From an uncultured delta proteobacterium (GTDB lineage: Bacteria; Desulfobacterota; Syntrophobacteria; Syntrophobacterales; Syntrophobacteraceae): 64,000 nt of DNA. Shown piece after piece: positions 51,226-60,948 of the stretch (position 1 is its first letter; the number at the start of each line of letters is the position of its first letter). The position numbers and the translations under genes are program-made. Under the pieces are notes generated by a model. That model saw nothing but the letters and a program-made list of their open reading frames with translations. It was not told where the DNA came from and ran no database searches. The stretch is from contig CAWEHK010000018.1 of the NCBI GenBank assembly GCA_963808625.1, forward strand, positions 140,640-204,639, read 5' to 3'.

Positions 51226-52374
51226 TCATCGCAGAATTTCGCGAGCGATGATGAGGCGCTGAATTTCGCTGGTTCCCTCATAGATTGAAGTCACGCGCAC
51301 ATCGCGGTAAAAACGTTCCACGGGACAGCCATCCGTGTAGCCGGAATCGCCGAGCATGAGCATGGCATCGTTGCACGCTCTGTTAGCCGCCTCTGTGGCA
51401 TAGACCTTAGCCATGGATGCTTCCTTGGCATAGTACTGCTTCTGATCCTTGAGGAAAGCAGCGCGCAACAGCGCGAACCTTGCCCCTGCAAGACGTGTGT
51501 AGTTGTTCGCGATCAGGTCCCGAATGGCCTGGTGACTGACACTGGCTGCGCCAACCGATATTCGTTCTTTGAAGAAGTCTCTGGCAAAATCCATGGCGGC
51601 AAGCCCGATGCCGAGGGCCATCGAGCCGATGCCGATCCGTCCTCCCGCCAGTTCCGCTGCGGCAATACGGAAGCCGTCGTTGAGAACACCCAGAACATTT
51701 TCCTGCGGGACGCGACAGTTGTCGAAGATCACCTCATTGGTCGGAGAAGCCAACTGCCCGAGCTTCTTTTCTTCCTTGCCCACCCGGAAACCGGGGAAGG
51801 ATGGCTCCACCAGAAAACAGCTGATGCCTTTGCCTTTGCGTGCTTCTTTATCGGTTACTGCCCAAACCACAAAAACACCGGCAAACTCGGCACTGGAGAT
51901 GAAGATTTTATTGCCGTTCAACACCCAGTGATCGCCATCCTGAACCGCACTCATGCGCATGGCCGCCGGGTCCGAGCCGGCCATAGCCTCGGTCAAGGCG
52001 AAACCGCCGGCTGCATACTCACCGCTGCAAAGAGGCGGGATGTACTTCTCTCTTAGCTGTTCGGTGCCGACCACCTGTATCACTTCGGCAACCATGTTGG
52101 TTACCGAGGTGGTCACGGTGGTGGACGCGCAGCCACGCCCCAGTTCGGTCATGGCCAAAGAGAAGGCCACACTCCCAGCCTCGGTTCCGCCGTATTTGCG
52201 GTCCACGTTGATACCCATGAAACCGAGTTCCGCGAGCCGCTTCAAAATGCTTTTCAGTTTTTCACGGTCTTTGGTCCGGTCCAATTCCGCCGCGATCGGT
52301 GCCAACTCGTCTTTAACGAATTTCGCAGCGGTTTCCTGAATGACTCTTTGTTCCTGTGTCAACTCAAAGTCCAT
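51226..52374 (-). CDS. Acyl-CoA dehydrogenase
   Basis: LTEAMAGSD, GRIGI, IYEGTSEIQR; close paralog of 48809..49957. Confidence 0.93.
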   Translation of the reverse strand: MDFELTQEQRVIQETAAKFVKDELAPIAAELDRTKDREKLKSILKRLAELGFMGINVDRKYGGTEAGSVAFSLAMTELGRGCASTTVTTSVTNMVAEVIQVVGTEQLREKYIPPLCSGEYAAGGFALTEAMAGSDPAAMRMSAVQDGDHWVLNGNKIFISSAEFAGVFVVWAVTDKEARKGKGISCFLVEPSFPGFRVGKEEKKLGQLASPTNEVIFDNCRVPQENVLGVLNDGFRIAAAELAGGRIGIGSMALGIGLAAMDFARDFFKERISVGAASVSHQAIRDLIANNYTRLAGARFALLRAAFLKDQKQYYAKEASMAKVYATEAANRACNDAMLMLGDSGYTDGCPVERFYRDVRVTSIYEGTSEIQRLIIAREILR

Positions 52375-52400
52375 GCCACCCATCCTGCCCTGTCTATTAG

Positions 52401-52446
52401 GAAATCTCCCCAGCCTCCCTTTGACAAAGGGGGCTGGGGGGATTTC
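52401..52446. repeat. Intergenic palindromic element inside the beta-oxidation operon
   Basis: GAAATCTCCCCAGCCTCCCTTT-GAC-AAAGGGGGCTGGGGGGATTTC. Confidence 0.65.
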
Positions 52447-52478
52447 ATGTTTTGTTGTGATTCACCGGGTCCCGAAGG

Positions 52479-53327
52479 TTAGTAGGAGTAAAATCCGCGC
52501 CCGGTTTTGCGCCCCAGCCAGCCGGATTCAACATATTTGCGAAGGAGGGGACACGGACGGTATTTTGAGTCACAAAAACCGTTGAAGAGCACTTCCATGA
52601 TGGCAAGACAGGTATCCAGGCCGATGAGGTCGGCAAGTGCCAGCGGCCCCATGGGATGATTCATTCCGAGGCGCATCACCGTGTCGATATCCTCGGGCTT
52701 TCCCACGCCATGATACAGGGCATAGACCGCTTCATTGATCATGGGCATGAGAATCCGATTGGAAATGAAACCGGGATAGTCGTTTGCTTCCGCAGGTGTC
52801 TTGCCAAATTTTATGGCAAGGTCCCAGGTCAACTTAAATGTTTCTTCGGAAGTCCTCAGCCCCCGAATAACCTCCACGAGCTTCATGACCGGGACAGGGT
52901 TCATGAAATGCATGCCGATGACTTTTTCCGGCCGTTTCGTCTGCGCCGCAATTCGACCGATGGGGATGGATGAGGTGTTGGTAGCGAGGATGACGTCCGG
53001 CGCACAGGTTGCATCGAGTTCTCGAAAGATCTGGAGCTTGATGGGCTCATTCTCCGTGGCCGCTTCCACGACATAATCAGCGGCCGCCATATCTTTGAGC
53101 TGCACGCTGGTCTTGATGCGCCCGAGAATGGCGTCCTTTTCTTCGGCGCTCATCTTGCCCTTTTCGACGTTCCTGCTCAGAATATTGGTAATGTTCTTCA
53201 GCCCGCGCTGGACGAACTCATCTTTGATATCGTTCATGATTACCTGCAGGCCGCTCATGGCTGCCACCTGAGCAATCCCGTTGCCCATCTGCCCGGCACC
53301 GACCACACCAAAAGTCTTCACCTCCAT
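52479..53327 (-). CDS. hbd: 3-hydroxybutyryl-CoA dehydrogenase
   Basis: [33 protein letters not shown]. Confidence 0.94.
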   Translation of the reverse strand: MEVKTFGVVGAGQMGNGIAQVAAMSGLQVIMNDIKDEFVQRGLKNITNILSRNVEKGKMSAEEKDAILGRIKTSVQLKDMAAADYVVEAATENEPIKLQIFRELDATCAPDVILATNTSSIPIGRIAAQTKRPEKVIGMHFMNPVPVMKLVEVIRGLRTSEETFKLTWDLAIKFGKTPAEANDYPGFISNRILMPMINEAVYALYHGVGKPEDIDTVMRLGMNHPMGPLALADLIGLDTCLAIMEVLFNGFCDSKYRPCPLLRKYVESGWLGRKTGRGFYSY

Positions 53328-53388
53328 GATCTCCTCCTTTCCTCTCGCTATAGACTATTCTCCAAACCGTTTCCGTGCCAGTTACCGC

Positions 53389-54564
53389 TTATCGCTTCAC
53401 GATCAAGGCCACAGCTTCGCCCCCCCCCAAACAAAGGGTGGCCAGCCCCACCTTCTTGTCCTGGCGAACCATCTCGTACAGCAACGTCACCAACACCCGG
53501 CAGCCGCTCGCACCAATGGGATGTCCGAGGGCAACGCTACCGCCGTTGACATTGACCTTCGCGTGATCCAGCTGCAACTCCTTCATGACCGCCACCGTGG
53601 AACCGCTGAAGGCCTCATTGATCTCGAAGAGGTCGACGTCGTTCAGGCTGAGTCCTTCCTTTTTCAAACATTTCGGAATGGCCCAGATAGGAGCGACCAA
53701 GACGTATTTCATGTCGATGCCGGCCGAGGCCTGCGACCCGACGGTGGCCATAATGCGACAGCCCATGGCTTCGGCTTTTTCCCTCGCCATGACCACCACC
53801 GCAGCCGCGCCGTCACTGATAACGGAGGCATTGCCCGCCGTGGTTACGCCGTCTTTCTTGAACGCCCACCTCATCTTAGTCAGCGCTTCGTAGGTCGTTT
53901 CCCGAGGGCACTCATCCTGGCTGAAAAGGACCGGGTCACCCTTGCGCGAAGGGACCGATACCGGTGCAATTTCATCCTTAAATTTTCCCGCCGCTATAGA
54001 TGCCAGCGTGCGCCGGTAAGATTCGGCCGCATAGCGGTCCTGGTCCTCGCGGGTGACATGGTATCTTTCCGAACAGAGCTCGTTGGAAATTCCCATGTGG
54101 AAGTCGTTCACGATATCCCAGAGGCCGTCGTGGACCATATGGTCATAGATCTTGCCGTCACCCATCCGGTATCCGGCACGGGCCTTGTCCAGGTAATAAG
54201 GAGCCAGCGTCATGTTCTCCATGCCCCCGGCCACGACGACATCGGCATCACCGAGCTGAATGGCCTGAGCTGCCAGCATCACCGCTTTCAAGCCGGACCC
54301 GCAGACCTTGTTGACGGTTATGGCTTCCACCTCCCAAGGCATGTCGGCCAATATCGTGGCCTGTTTTCCGGGATTTTGCCCGTAACTGCAGGGAAGCACC
54401 ATGCCCATGATCACTTCATTGACGTCCTCCTTGGATATTCCGGCCCGCTTTACCGCCTCCTCGATGACGAAGGCCCCCAGTTTTGTACCCCCGATCGTGC
54501 CCAGAGAACCGTTAAAGCTCCCCAGGGGAGTCCTGACCGCACTGACAATCACTGCTTCACGCAT
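53389..54564 (-). CDS. Acetyl-CoA acetyltransferase (thiolase)
   Basis: NKVCGSG, NEAF, GHPIGASG, CLGGG. Confidence 0.95.
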   Translation of the reverse strand: MREAVIVSAVRTPLGSFNGSLGTIGGTKLGAFVIEEAVKRAGISKEDVNEVIMGMVLPCSYGQNPGKQATILADMPWEVEAITVNKVCGSGLKAVMLAAQAIQLGDADVVVAGGMENMTLAPYYLDKARAGYRMGDGKIYDHMVHDGLWDIVNDFHMGISNELCSERYHVTREDQDRYAAESYRRTLASIAAGKFKDEIAPVSVPSRKGDPVLFSQDECPRETTYEALTKMRWAFKKDGVTTAGNASVISDGAAAVVVMAREKAEAMGCRIMATVGSQASAGIDMKYVLVAPIWAIPKCLKKEGLSLNDVDLFEINEAFSGSTVAVMKELQLDHAKVNVNGGSVALGHPIGASGCRVLVTLLYEMVRQDKKVGLATLCLGGGEAVALIVKR

Positions 54565-54879
54565 GGCTGCCTCCTTGATGAGATATGAAAATTGCCCACC
54601 TGAAGATCGTTCCCAACATTTGACAAGTCTTTATAGGCCCAATGAAGAACTGAAGCTTGCATGCCTCCCACCTCACAGCCACGTCTCAGAGAACGGAACC
54701 TTTCAGCTTCAGCAAGCGACATATACGGGAAGCAGCAAGAAAAGGGGAGTTCGCTCTGAGGAAGAGTCGATCCAGAGATAGCGATGGGGACGAGCGAAAG
54801 CGACAATCCCTGACCCCGGCGACTATAGCAGAATGCCCCGGCGGAGGCAAAAATTTTCTCATACGAGACACCGCAACGA

Positions 54880-55188
54880 CTAGATGATGCCAAGCTGTTT
54901 CAAAACCCTTTGGACCCGATCGAGTCCGACCCCTCGAAAAAGGATCGTCTTGCGGCGCGATTTGTGGCCCTGAACGAGTTCCAATTGAGATTTCGGGACC
55001 TCGAAAACCTTCGCCAGAAACTTCAGGCATTCCGTGTTGGCCTCGCCCTCGACGGGCGGTGCGGTCAACCGGACCTTCAGCATTCCTTCATGAGATCCGG
55101 CCACTTCGTTCTTGCGGGCTCTGGGCTGAACGTAGACGCCAACGGTCGTCCCCTCCGCACTACTGCGAATACATGGTGGTAGAGCCAT
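54880..55188 (-). CDS. DUF167/YggU family protein
   Basis: VQPRA, APPVEGEAN, G.KSR.K. Confidence 0.88.
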   Translation of the reverse strand: MALPPCIRSSAEGTTVGVYVQPRARKNEVAGSHEGMLKVRLTAPPVEGEANTECLKFLAKVFEVPKSQLELVQGHKSRRKTILFRGVGLDRVQRVLKQLGII

Positions 55189-55476
55189 CGTACAGGTTTA
55201 CCCCCTACGTCGATGGTTGGTTTTCATCGTCACCGGAGGACCCGGAACCTAAGCCGTAAACCATCATAGCCCTGAAGGAGGCGAAGAGCACGAAGAATCC
55301 TCGTGATTGATCTGGTCCTCTTCGTTGTTGACCGCTGCTTCCCCATCGTGTTCTACTGAATATCCGGGAAGGGTTGTTCTGAAGTATAAGAAAGACGGTT
55401 TCTCCCGTTCTGTGTTGACTTGTTGGGCACCATTGCACGGTTATCTTTTATTCTTGATTTCAGGAGGCTGACGTTT

Positions 55477-57219
55477 ATGGACAAGATCTTGAGGATCGAC
55501 ATGGGAGCTGAAGGCGGCCCCGAGGTAACCGAAGAGTCTCTGGGCGATTATGCCGGCCTGGGCGGCAGGGCCCTGACCTCGGCGATCGTTGCGAGAGAGG
55601 TTCCTCCCTTGTGCCACCCGCTGGGAGCGGAAAACAAACTGGTCATCGCTCCGGGGATGCTCAGCGGCACCACCGCCGCCATGTCCGGACGCCTTTCCAT
55701 CGGCGCCAAGAGCCCGCTCACGGGAGGCATCAAGGAAGCCAATGCCGGCGGGCAGGCGGCACAGGTCCTGGCAAGGCTGGGTTACGCTGCGATCATCCTC
55801 GAAGGAAAGCCCCTGAAGGATGGACTCTATCGGCTTCATATCAACAAGGACGGCGCCAAAGTCATTCTCGACAACAGTCTGAAACTGCTGCCGAACTATG
55901 AACTGGTTGACCGGATGAAGTATCAATACGGCAAGAAGATTACCTGCCTCTCCATCGGGCCGGCCGGTGAGATGAAAATGGGCGCGGCCACGGTTGCCGT
56001 CACCGACATGGAACTGCGTCCCACGCGCCATGCCGGACGTGGAGGACTGGGTGCGGTCATGGGCGCCAAGCGAATCAAGGCCATCGTCCTCGACGACGCC
56101 GGGACGAATATGCGCTCCCCTAAAGATCCGGAGAAGTTCAAAGAAGCGAACAAGAGATTTGTCGAAGGACTCAGAAATCATCCCGTTACCGGCAAGGGAT
56201 TGCCCACTTATGGAACGAACGTCCTGACCAACATCCTCTGTGAAGCAGGCGGCTACCCCACTTACAACTTCAAGGAAGGGCGCTTCGAGGGCGCACACCA
56301 AATCAGCGGCGAGACTCAGGCGGAAACCGAAAATCAGCGGGGCGGCCCCGGGTCGGCGACCCACGGCTGCCACCGGGGTTGCGTCATCCGCTGTTCGGGC
56401 ACTTATTATGACAAGGACGGGAACTTCCTCAGCAAACAACCCGAATACGAGACCGTTTGGGCCCATGGCGGACACTGCGGCATCTCCGATTTGGACGCCA
56501 TCGCCATGCTCGATTTCCTGGATGACAACTACGGCCTGGACAGCATCGAGATGGGTGTGACCATCGGCGTTGCCATGGAAGCCGGACTGCTCAAGTTTGG
56601 CGATGCTCAGGGGGCCATCAACCTGGTGAAGGAAGTCGGCCAGGGAACTCATCTGGGCCGCATCCTCGGGGCGGGAGCCGCGGTTACGGGCAGGGTTTTC
56701 GGCGTGGAACGAGTCCCGGTGGTCAAGGGCCAGGCGCTTCCGGCCTACGACCCAAGGGCGGTTCAGGGCATCGGCGTGACTTACGCCACCAGTCCCATGG
56801 GTGCGGACCATACTGCGGGGTACGCGGTCACCGCCAACATCCTCAAGGTCGGCGGCTTTGTCGACCCGCTTAAACCGGAAGGCCAGATCCAGCTCTCGCG
56901 GGACCTGCAGATTGCCACTGCGGCTATCGACTCAACGGGCATGTGCCTTTTCATTGCCTTTGCCCTGCTCGATCAGCCGGAAACCTTCCAGGCGCTCCTG
57001 GACCTTCTCAATGCCTTTTACGGAACCAACCTGACCGGCGACGACGTCGTGGCGCTGGGCAAAAAGGTCCTGAGCACGGAGCGCGATTTCAATGCCCGCG
57101 CCGGGTTTACCGCCCAGCACGACCGCCTGCCGGAGTTTTTCAAGAAAGAACCCCTCGCTCCGCACAACGTCACCTTTGACGTGAAAGACGAAGACCTGGA
57201 TCGGGTGTTCGACTGGTGA
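55477..57219 (+). CDS. aor: Aldehyde:ferredoxin oxidoreductase (tungsten AOR family)
   Basis: KSPLTGGIKE, GRGGLGAVMG.K..KAI, CHRGCVIRC, PEYET, DNYGLD, GADH; AGGAGG RBS. Confidence 0.92.
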   Translation: MDKILRIDMGAEGGPEVTEESLGDYAGLGGRALTSAIVAREVPPLCHPLGAENKLVIAPGMLSGTTAAMSGRLSIGAKSPLTGGIKEANAGGQAAQVLARLGYAAIILEGKPLKDGLYRLHINKDGAKVILDNSLKLLPNYELVDRMKYQYGKKITCLSIGPAGEMKMGAATVAVTDMELRPTRHAGRGGLGAVMGAKRIKAIVLDDAGTNMRSPKDPEKFKEANKRFVEGLRNHPVTGKGLPTYGTNVLTNILCEAGGYPTYNFKEGRFEGAHQISGETQAETENQRGGPGSATHGCHRGCVIRCSGTYYDKDGNFLSKQPEYETVWAHGGHCGISDLDAIAMLDFLDDNYGLDSIEMGVTIGVAMEAGLLKFGDAQGAINLVKEVGQGTHLGRILGAGAAVTGRVFGVERVPVVKGQALPAYDPRAVQGIGVTYATSPMGADHTAGYAVTANILKVGGFVDPLKPEGQIQLSRDLQIATAAIDSTGMCLFIAFALLDQPETFQALLDLLNAFYGTNLTGDDVVALGKKVLSTERDFNARAGFTAQHDRLPEFFKKEPLAPHNVTFDVKDEDLDRVFDW

Positions 57220-57353
57220 GCTCCCCGCTTCGCGACGGCTGAACGGATGGACCACAAAGAGGCCTCTCCGAGGTCCTCCCAAGCCATGGCAGGCAAAGAC
57301 GACAGGCGGACGGGACCCGCCTGTTACCACATCCGCAAAGAGGGCTGTTCGAA

Positions 57354-59432
57354 ATGACGGAAGAGACACGATGGTTCAAGACCCATTGCGCGCGCATGGA
57401 TCATGGCGGCTGTGCCCTGCTGGTCGGCGTCGAAGGCAATGAGATCGTTCAGGTCAAAGGGGACCCGGAAGGGTTCCTCAATAAAGGCTACACCTGTTAC
57501 AAGGGCCGGGTTTCACCCGATCGCCTGAACCATCCCGATCGCCTTCGCTACCCGCTGAAGCGAACAGGGAAACGCGGGGAAGGGAAATGGCGCCGTGTTT
57601 CCTGGGACGAAGCACTCGCTGAAACAGCAGAGAATCTGCTTGCCATCAAAGACAAATACGGAGCCCGGGCGGTTGGTTTTGGGGTGGGCATGCCGAAAGG
57701 GCTCGAGCACTTCGTTTTGATTCGGCTTGCCAATATTTTCGGCTCTCCCAACGTCATCGCCTCCCAGGACGTTTGCCATGCCCCTCGCGAGATCACCGGC
57801 ATCCACACCTGCGGGTTTTATCCGGTTGCGGATCTCCACAATCCCACCCAGGTCATCCTCTCATGGGCCGGCAACGTTCTTTCCACCAGCGAGGAAGGGC
57901 AGATTGCCAGCCTCACCCTCGAGCAACTTAAGAACGGCGCGAGGCTGATTGTCGTCGATCCCCGCAGGACCGAGCTTGCCGACCGGGCCGAACTGTGGCT
58001 GCAGCCACGACCGGGGACCTCACCGGCGCTTGCTCTGGGTTTGCTGCACGTGATCATCGAGGAAGCCCTTTTCGATCGATCTTTCGTCGAAAACTACACC
58101 TACGGCTTCGAAGACCTCGCCCGGCATGTGACGCACTACAGCCCCGATACGGTCTCCGAAATCACCTGGGTTCCGCCCGAACTGATCCGCAAGGCCGCAA
58201 GGCTTTACGCTTCGGCAAGACCCGCTGCGCTCCAGTGGGGGAATGCCATCGAACGCGACGTCAACACCTTCGATGCCGCGCGCTCCCTGGTATGCCTCAT
58301 GGCCATCTGCGGAAACCTGGAAGTCCCCGGCGGCAACATCAACGCCCACGAACCGAAAGTCATGGGACTGGCCGAATTCGTGCGGGCTGACCTGATACCG
58401 GAAAAACGCAGGGAGATGATCAGCGCCCACTACGGCATCATTCCCAGACTGATGACGGTGGCACCGGCCTATTTCCGCAAGGCAGTGATCGAGGGAATGC
58501 CATACCCGGTCAGAGGTTTTTACGGCATTTGCACCAACCCATTGGTCACCTGGGCTGACAGTGCGCTCACCTACGAGGCGTTTATGAGCCTTGATTTTGT
58601 CGCCACAGCAGAGATCTTCATGACACCCAGCGCGTCGCTGGCCGACATTGTCCTCCCGGTTGCCCACCAGTATGAAATGAACGATATCGGTCACTACGGC
58701 ATCGGCCACGGAATGATCCTGGCACGGCCAAAGATCGTCGAACCGCCGCCCGAGTGCTGGCCTGATCTCAAGATCCTCAATGAACTGGGAAAACGCATCT
58801 CAAATCCCGAATACTGGCATGAAGATTTTGAGGGTTTTCTCGAAGCGGTGGTCGGCCCCGCAGGCCTGACCTATCCTGAGTTCGTCTCCCGGGGATATCT
58901 GAAGGGGCCTGATCGATTCAAGCAATACGAAGAAAAGGGCTTCCGCACTCCCACGGGAAAGGTCGAATTGCGGCTGAGCACGGCCGAAAAGTTCAAGTTG
59001 AAAGCGCTCCCCGAATTCGCCGATCTGCCCGAACCGGATGATCCCGCTTATCCCTTGATTTTAATCAGCGCCAAAAGCCGCTTCTTTCTCCACTCTTCCT
59101 ACCGCTGGCTGCAGAAACTCCGCCAAAAACGCCCCCACCCGCGCGTTGAAATCCACCCGGAGACGGCTGCGGCCTGTGGGATCAGCGATGGCGACCCGGT
59201 CGTCATCTCCACGAAATACGGCGAAATCCTCCAAGTGGCGCAGGTCACCGACATCGTCCACCCACGCGTTGTCAGTGCGGCGATCGGATGGTGGTTCCCG
59301 GAGGGGGACGCGGCGAAGCAGTTCGAGTGGCGGAGGTCGAATTTCAATATGCTCACTTCAGTCGTGAAACTGGGTAAAGAATTTGGGACCCCCAACCTAA
59401 AGAGCCTCCCGTGCAGAATACGGAAACCTTGA
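57354..59432 (+). CDS. Cytoplasmic bis-PGD molybdopterin/tungstopterin oxidoreductase (acetylene-hydratase-like MopB)
   Basis: C12-x3-D16-x3-C20...C48, RLRYPLKR, VVDPR, ADIVLP, TPTGKVE, IHPETA; no Tat signal. Confidence 0.85.
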   Translation: MTEETRWFKTHCARMDHGGCALLVGVEGNEIVQVKGDPEGFLNKGYTCYKGRVSPDRLNHPDRLRYPLKRTGKRGEGKWRRVSWDEALAETAENLLAIKDKYGARAVGFGVGMPKGLEHFVLIRLANIFGSPNVIASQDVCHAPREITGIHTCGFYPVADLHNPTQVILSWAGNVLSTSEEGQIASLTLEQLKNGARLIVVDPRRTELADRAELWLQPRPGTSPALALGLLHVIIEEALFDRSFVENYTYGFEDLARHVTHYSPDTVSEITWVPPELIRKAARLYASARPAALQWGNAIERDVNTFDAARSLVCLMAICGNLEVPGGNINAHEPKVMGLAEFVRADLIPEKRREMISAHYGIIPRLMTVAPAYFRKAVIEGMPYPVRGFYGICTNPLVTWADSALTYEAFMSLDFVATAEIFMTPSASLADIVLPVAHQYEMNDIGHYGIGHGMILARPKIVEPPPECWPDLKILNELGKRISNPEYWHEDFEGFLEAVVGPAGLTYPEFVSRGYLKGPDRFKQYEEKGFRTPTGKVELRLSTAEKFKLKALPEFADLPEPDDPAYPLILISAKSRFFLHSSYRWLQKLRQKRPHPRVEIHPETAAACGISDGDPVVISTKYGEILQVAQVTDIVHPRVVSAAIGWWFPEGDAAKQFEWRRSNFNMLTSVVKLGKEFGTPNLKSLPCRIRKP

Positions 59433-60127
59433 GTATCTTTCCCGAAGGCAGTCGACTGGTCAGGCTTTGCCGCCGTGAAAAACGCTTTCTGGTAGAAGTC
59501 GAAGCCGGAGGGGAGCGTTTCTGGGTCCACTGCAACAATTCGGGCAGCATGCTGGGACTCCTGAGGCCCGGAGCCGCCGGATTCATCTCACCGGCCTTGC
59601 GTCAGGACCGCCGCCTGCCTTACACCCTGGAACTCGTCCAGCTGGGATCGACCTGGGTGGGAGTGAACACGCTGATTCCCAACCGTATTCTTCATCTCTC
59701 CTGGCAAGCTGAACTGCTGCCCGAGATTCTCGGTTACGAACAATTTCGGAAAGAAGCCCAAATTGGCCGGAGTCGCCTGGATGCCTTGCTCACTGGCCCT
59801 CGCGGGACCCTCTGGGTCGAAACCAAAAACGTTACTCTGGTTGAAGATGGTGTGGCTTATTTCCCCGACGCGGTGACGAGCCGGGGCCAAAAGCACCTGC
59901 GCGAACTGATCCGGCTGGCTCGCGAGGGAAACCGGGTCGCCTGTTTCTATCTCGTCCAGAGAGCCGATGCTCAATGTTTCGGCCCCGCCGATTTCATCGA
60001 TCCGGAATTTGCCGATCTTTTTTGGGAGGCCATCGGAGAGGGGGTTGAGATGTGGCCCTACCTGGCCCCGGTGTCACCGCATGGGATCGGGCTGGGGCCG
60101 CGGTTGCCCCTGAGCGGGGAGCGATGA
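59411..60127 (+). CDS. sfsA: SfsA family protein
   Basis: KRFL, HCNNSGSM, SRLD, ETKNVT, FPDAVT.RG.KHL.EL. Confidence 0.92.
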   Translation: MQNTETLSIFPEGSRLVRLCRREKRFLVEVEAGGERFWVHCNNSGSMLGLLRPGAAGFISPALRQDRRLPYTLELVQLGSTWVGVNTLIPNRILHLSWQAELLPEILGYEQFRKEAQIGRSRLDALLTGPRGTLWVETKNVTLVEDGVAYFPDAVTSRGQKHLRELIRLAREGNRVACFYLVQRADAQCFGPADFIDPEFADLFWEAIGEGVEMWPYLAPVSPHGIGLGPRLPLSGER

Positions 60128-60158
60128 ATCGCTCGCGCGGGGTGACGAATTCCGGCAA

Positions 60159-60707
60159 TCAGAAGAAGAAAGGCGGCCCGTAATATGGCCATCCGAATGG
60201 GTAAGGGTAACCGAACCAATACCAGGAGGGAGGCGGGTAGGTCCCATAAGGCCGGTAGTATTGCTTCCAGAGATAGATTTCTTTGACGTCAACGAGGGGG
60301 TATGCGTATTCCATTTCCCCCAAAGCTTCCAGCCTCTTGCCGGCGATCTTTCCGGCCAGCGTAAGCATCCTTCCTTTGCGGTAAATCTCAGGGTCGGCAT
60401 AACCTTGAACTCGAGCCAGAAACCTTCCCTGGCTCATCTCCTCGTCCTCGGGCATACCCGAATAATCGACGGGTATCTGCAGGACTTTGATCAGAGTAAG
60501 GCCTTCCTCATTCAGCGTGGTGATGACGGTCCCTCCCCAGATGACCGTCTCCCCTTCATAGGCTTCAGGGTTGGCAAGCACCGCAGAGAAGGAAAGATCC
60601 TTCCGCGCCTGTTCCCGCATCCCCGAGGAGATAACGTGGGCACAGCCGGTCAAACAGGATATGACGCCAATAAGAACGAGGAACCCGAACCCTCGCTTCC
60701 TTTTCAT
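60159..60707 (-). CDS. Slp-family outer membrane lipoprotein
   Basis: Lipobox LTGC, VIWGG, GRFLA, DP.IY.KGR, Y.YP. Confidence 0.88.
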   Translation of the reverse strand: MKRKRGFGFLVLIGVISCLTGCAHVISSGMREQARKDLSFSAVLANPEAYEGETVIWGGTVITTLNEEGLTLIKVLQIPVDYSGMPEDEEMSQGRFLARVQGYADPEIYRKGRMLTLAGKIAGKRLEALGEMEYAYPLVDVKEIYLWKQYYRPYGTYPPPSWYWFGYPYPFGWPYYGPPFFF

Positions 60708-60948
60708 TGCTGCCTCTCAACCAGAGGGAACCTTCAGATCCATGCCGATGACGGCACCACAAGCAGGAATCTATTCTAACTGACTCGGAAATCGATGTAA
60801 ATGCGCCCTGCCCTCGATTGGGAAGGCAAAGATAGGACTTGGCTGAGATCTGCAAGAGAGCACTTGCCGACATCGCCCTCTCCTGGTAATCTGCGGGCAT
60901 TGGAGGGCAGGCGGTTTCGCAGTGAAAATCAGTTTAAGGGCGGTGAGT

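Noticed and set aside
55441..56811. Long antisense ORFs (e.g. 55441..56811, 53281..54588, 9209..10303, 27407..28462)
   Set aside because: They mirror well-supported genes on the opposite strand, as expected from GC-rich codon bias.
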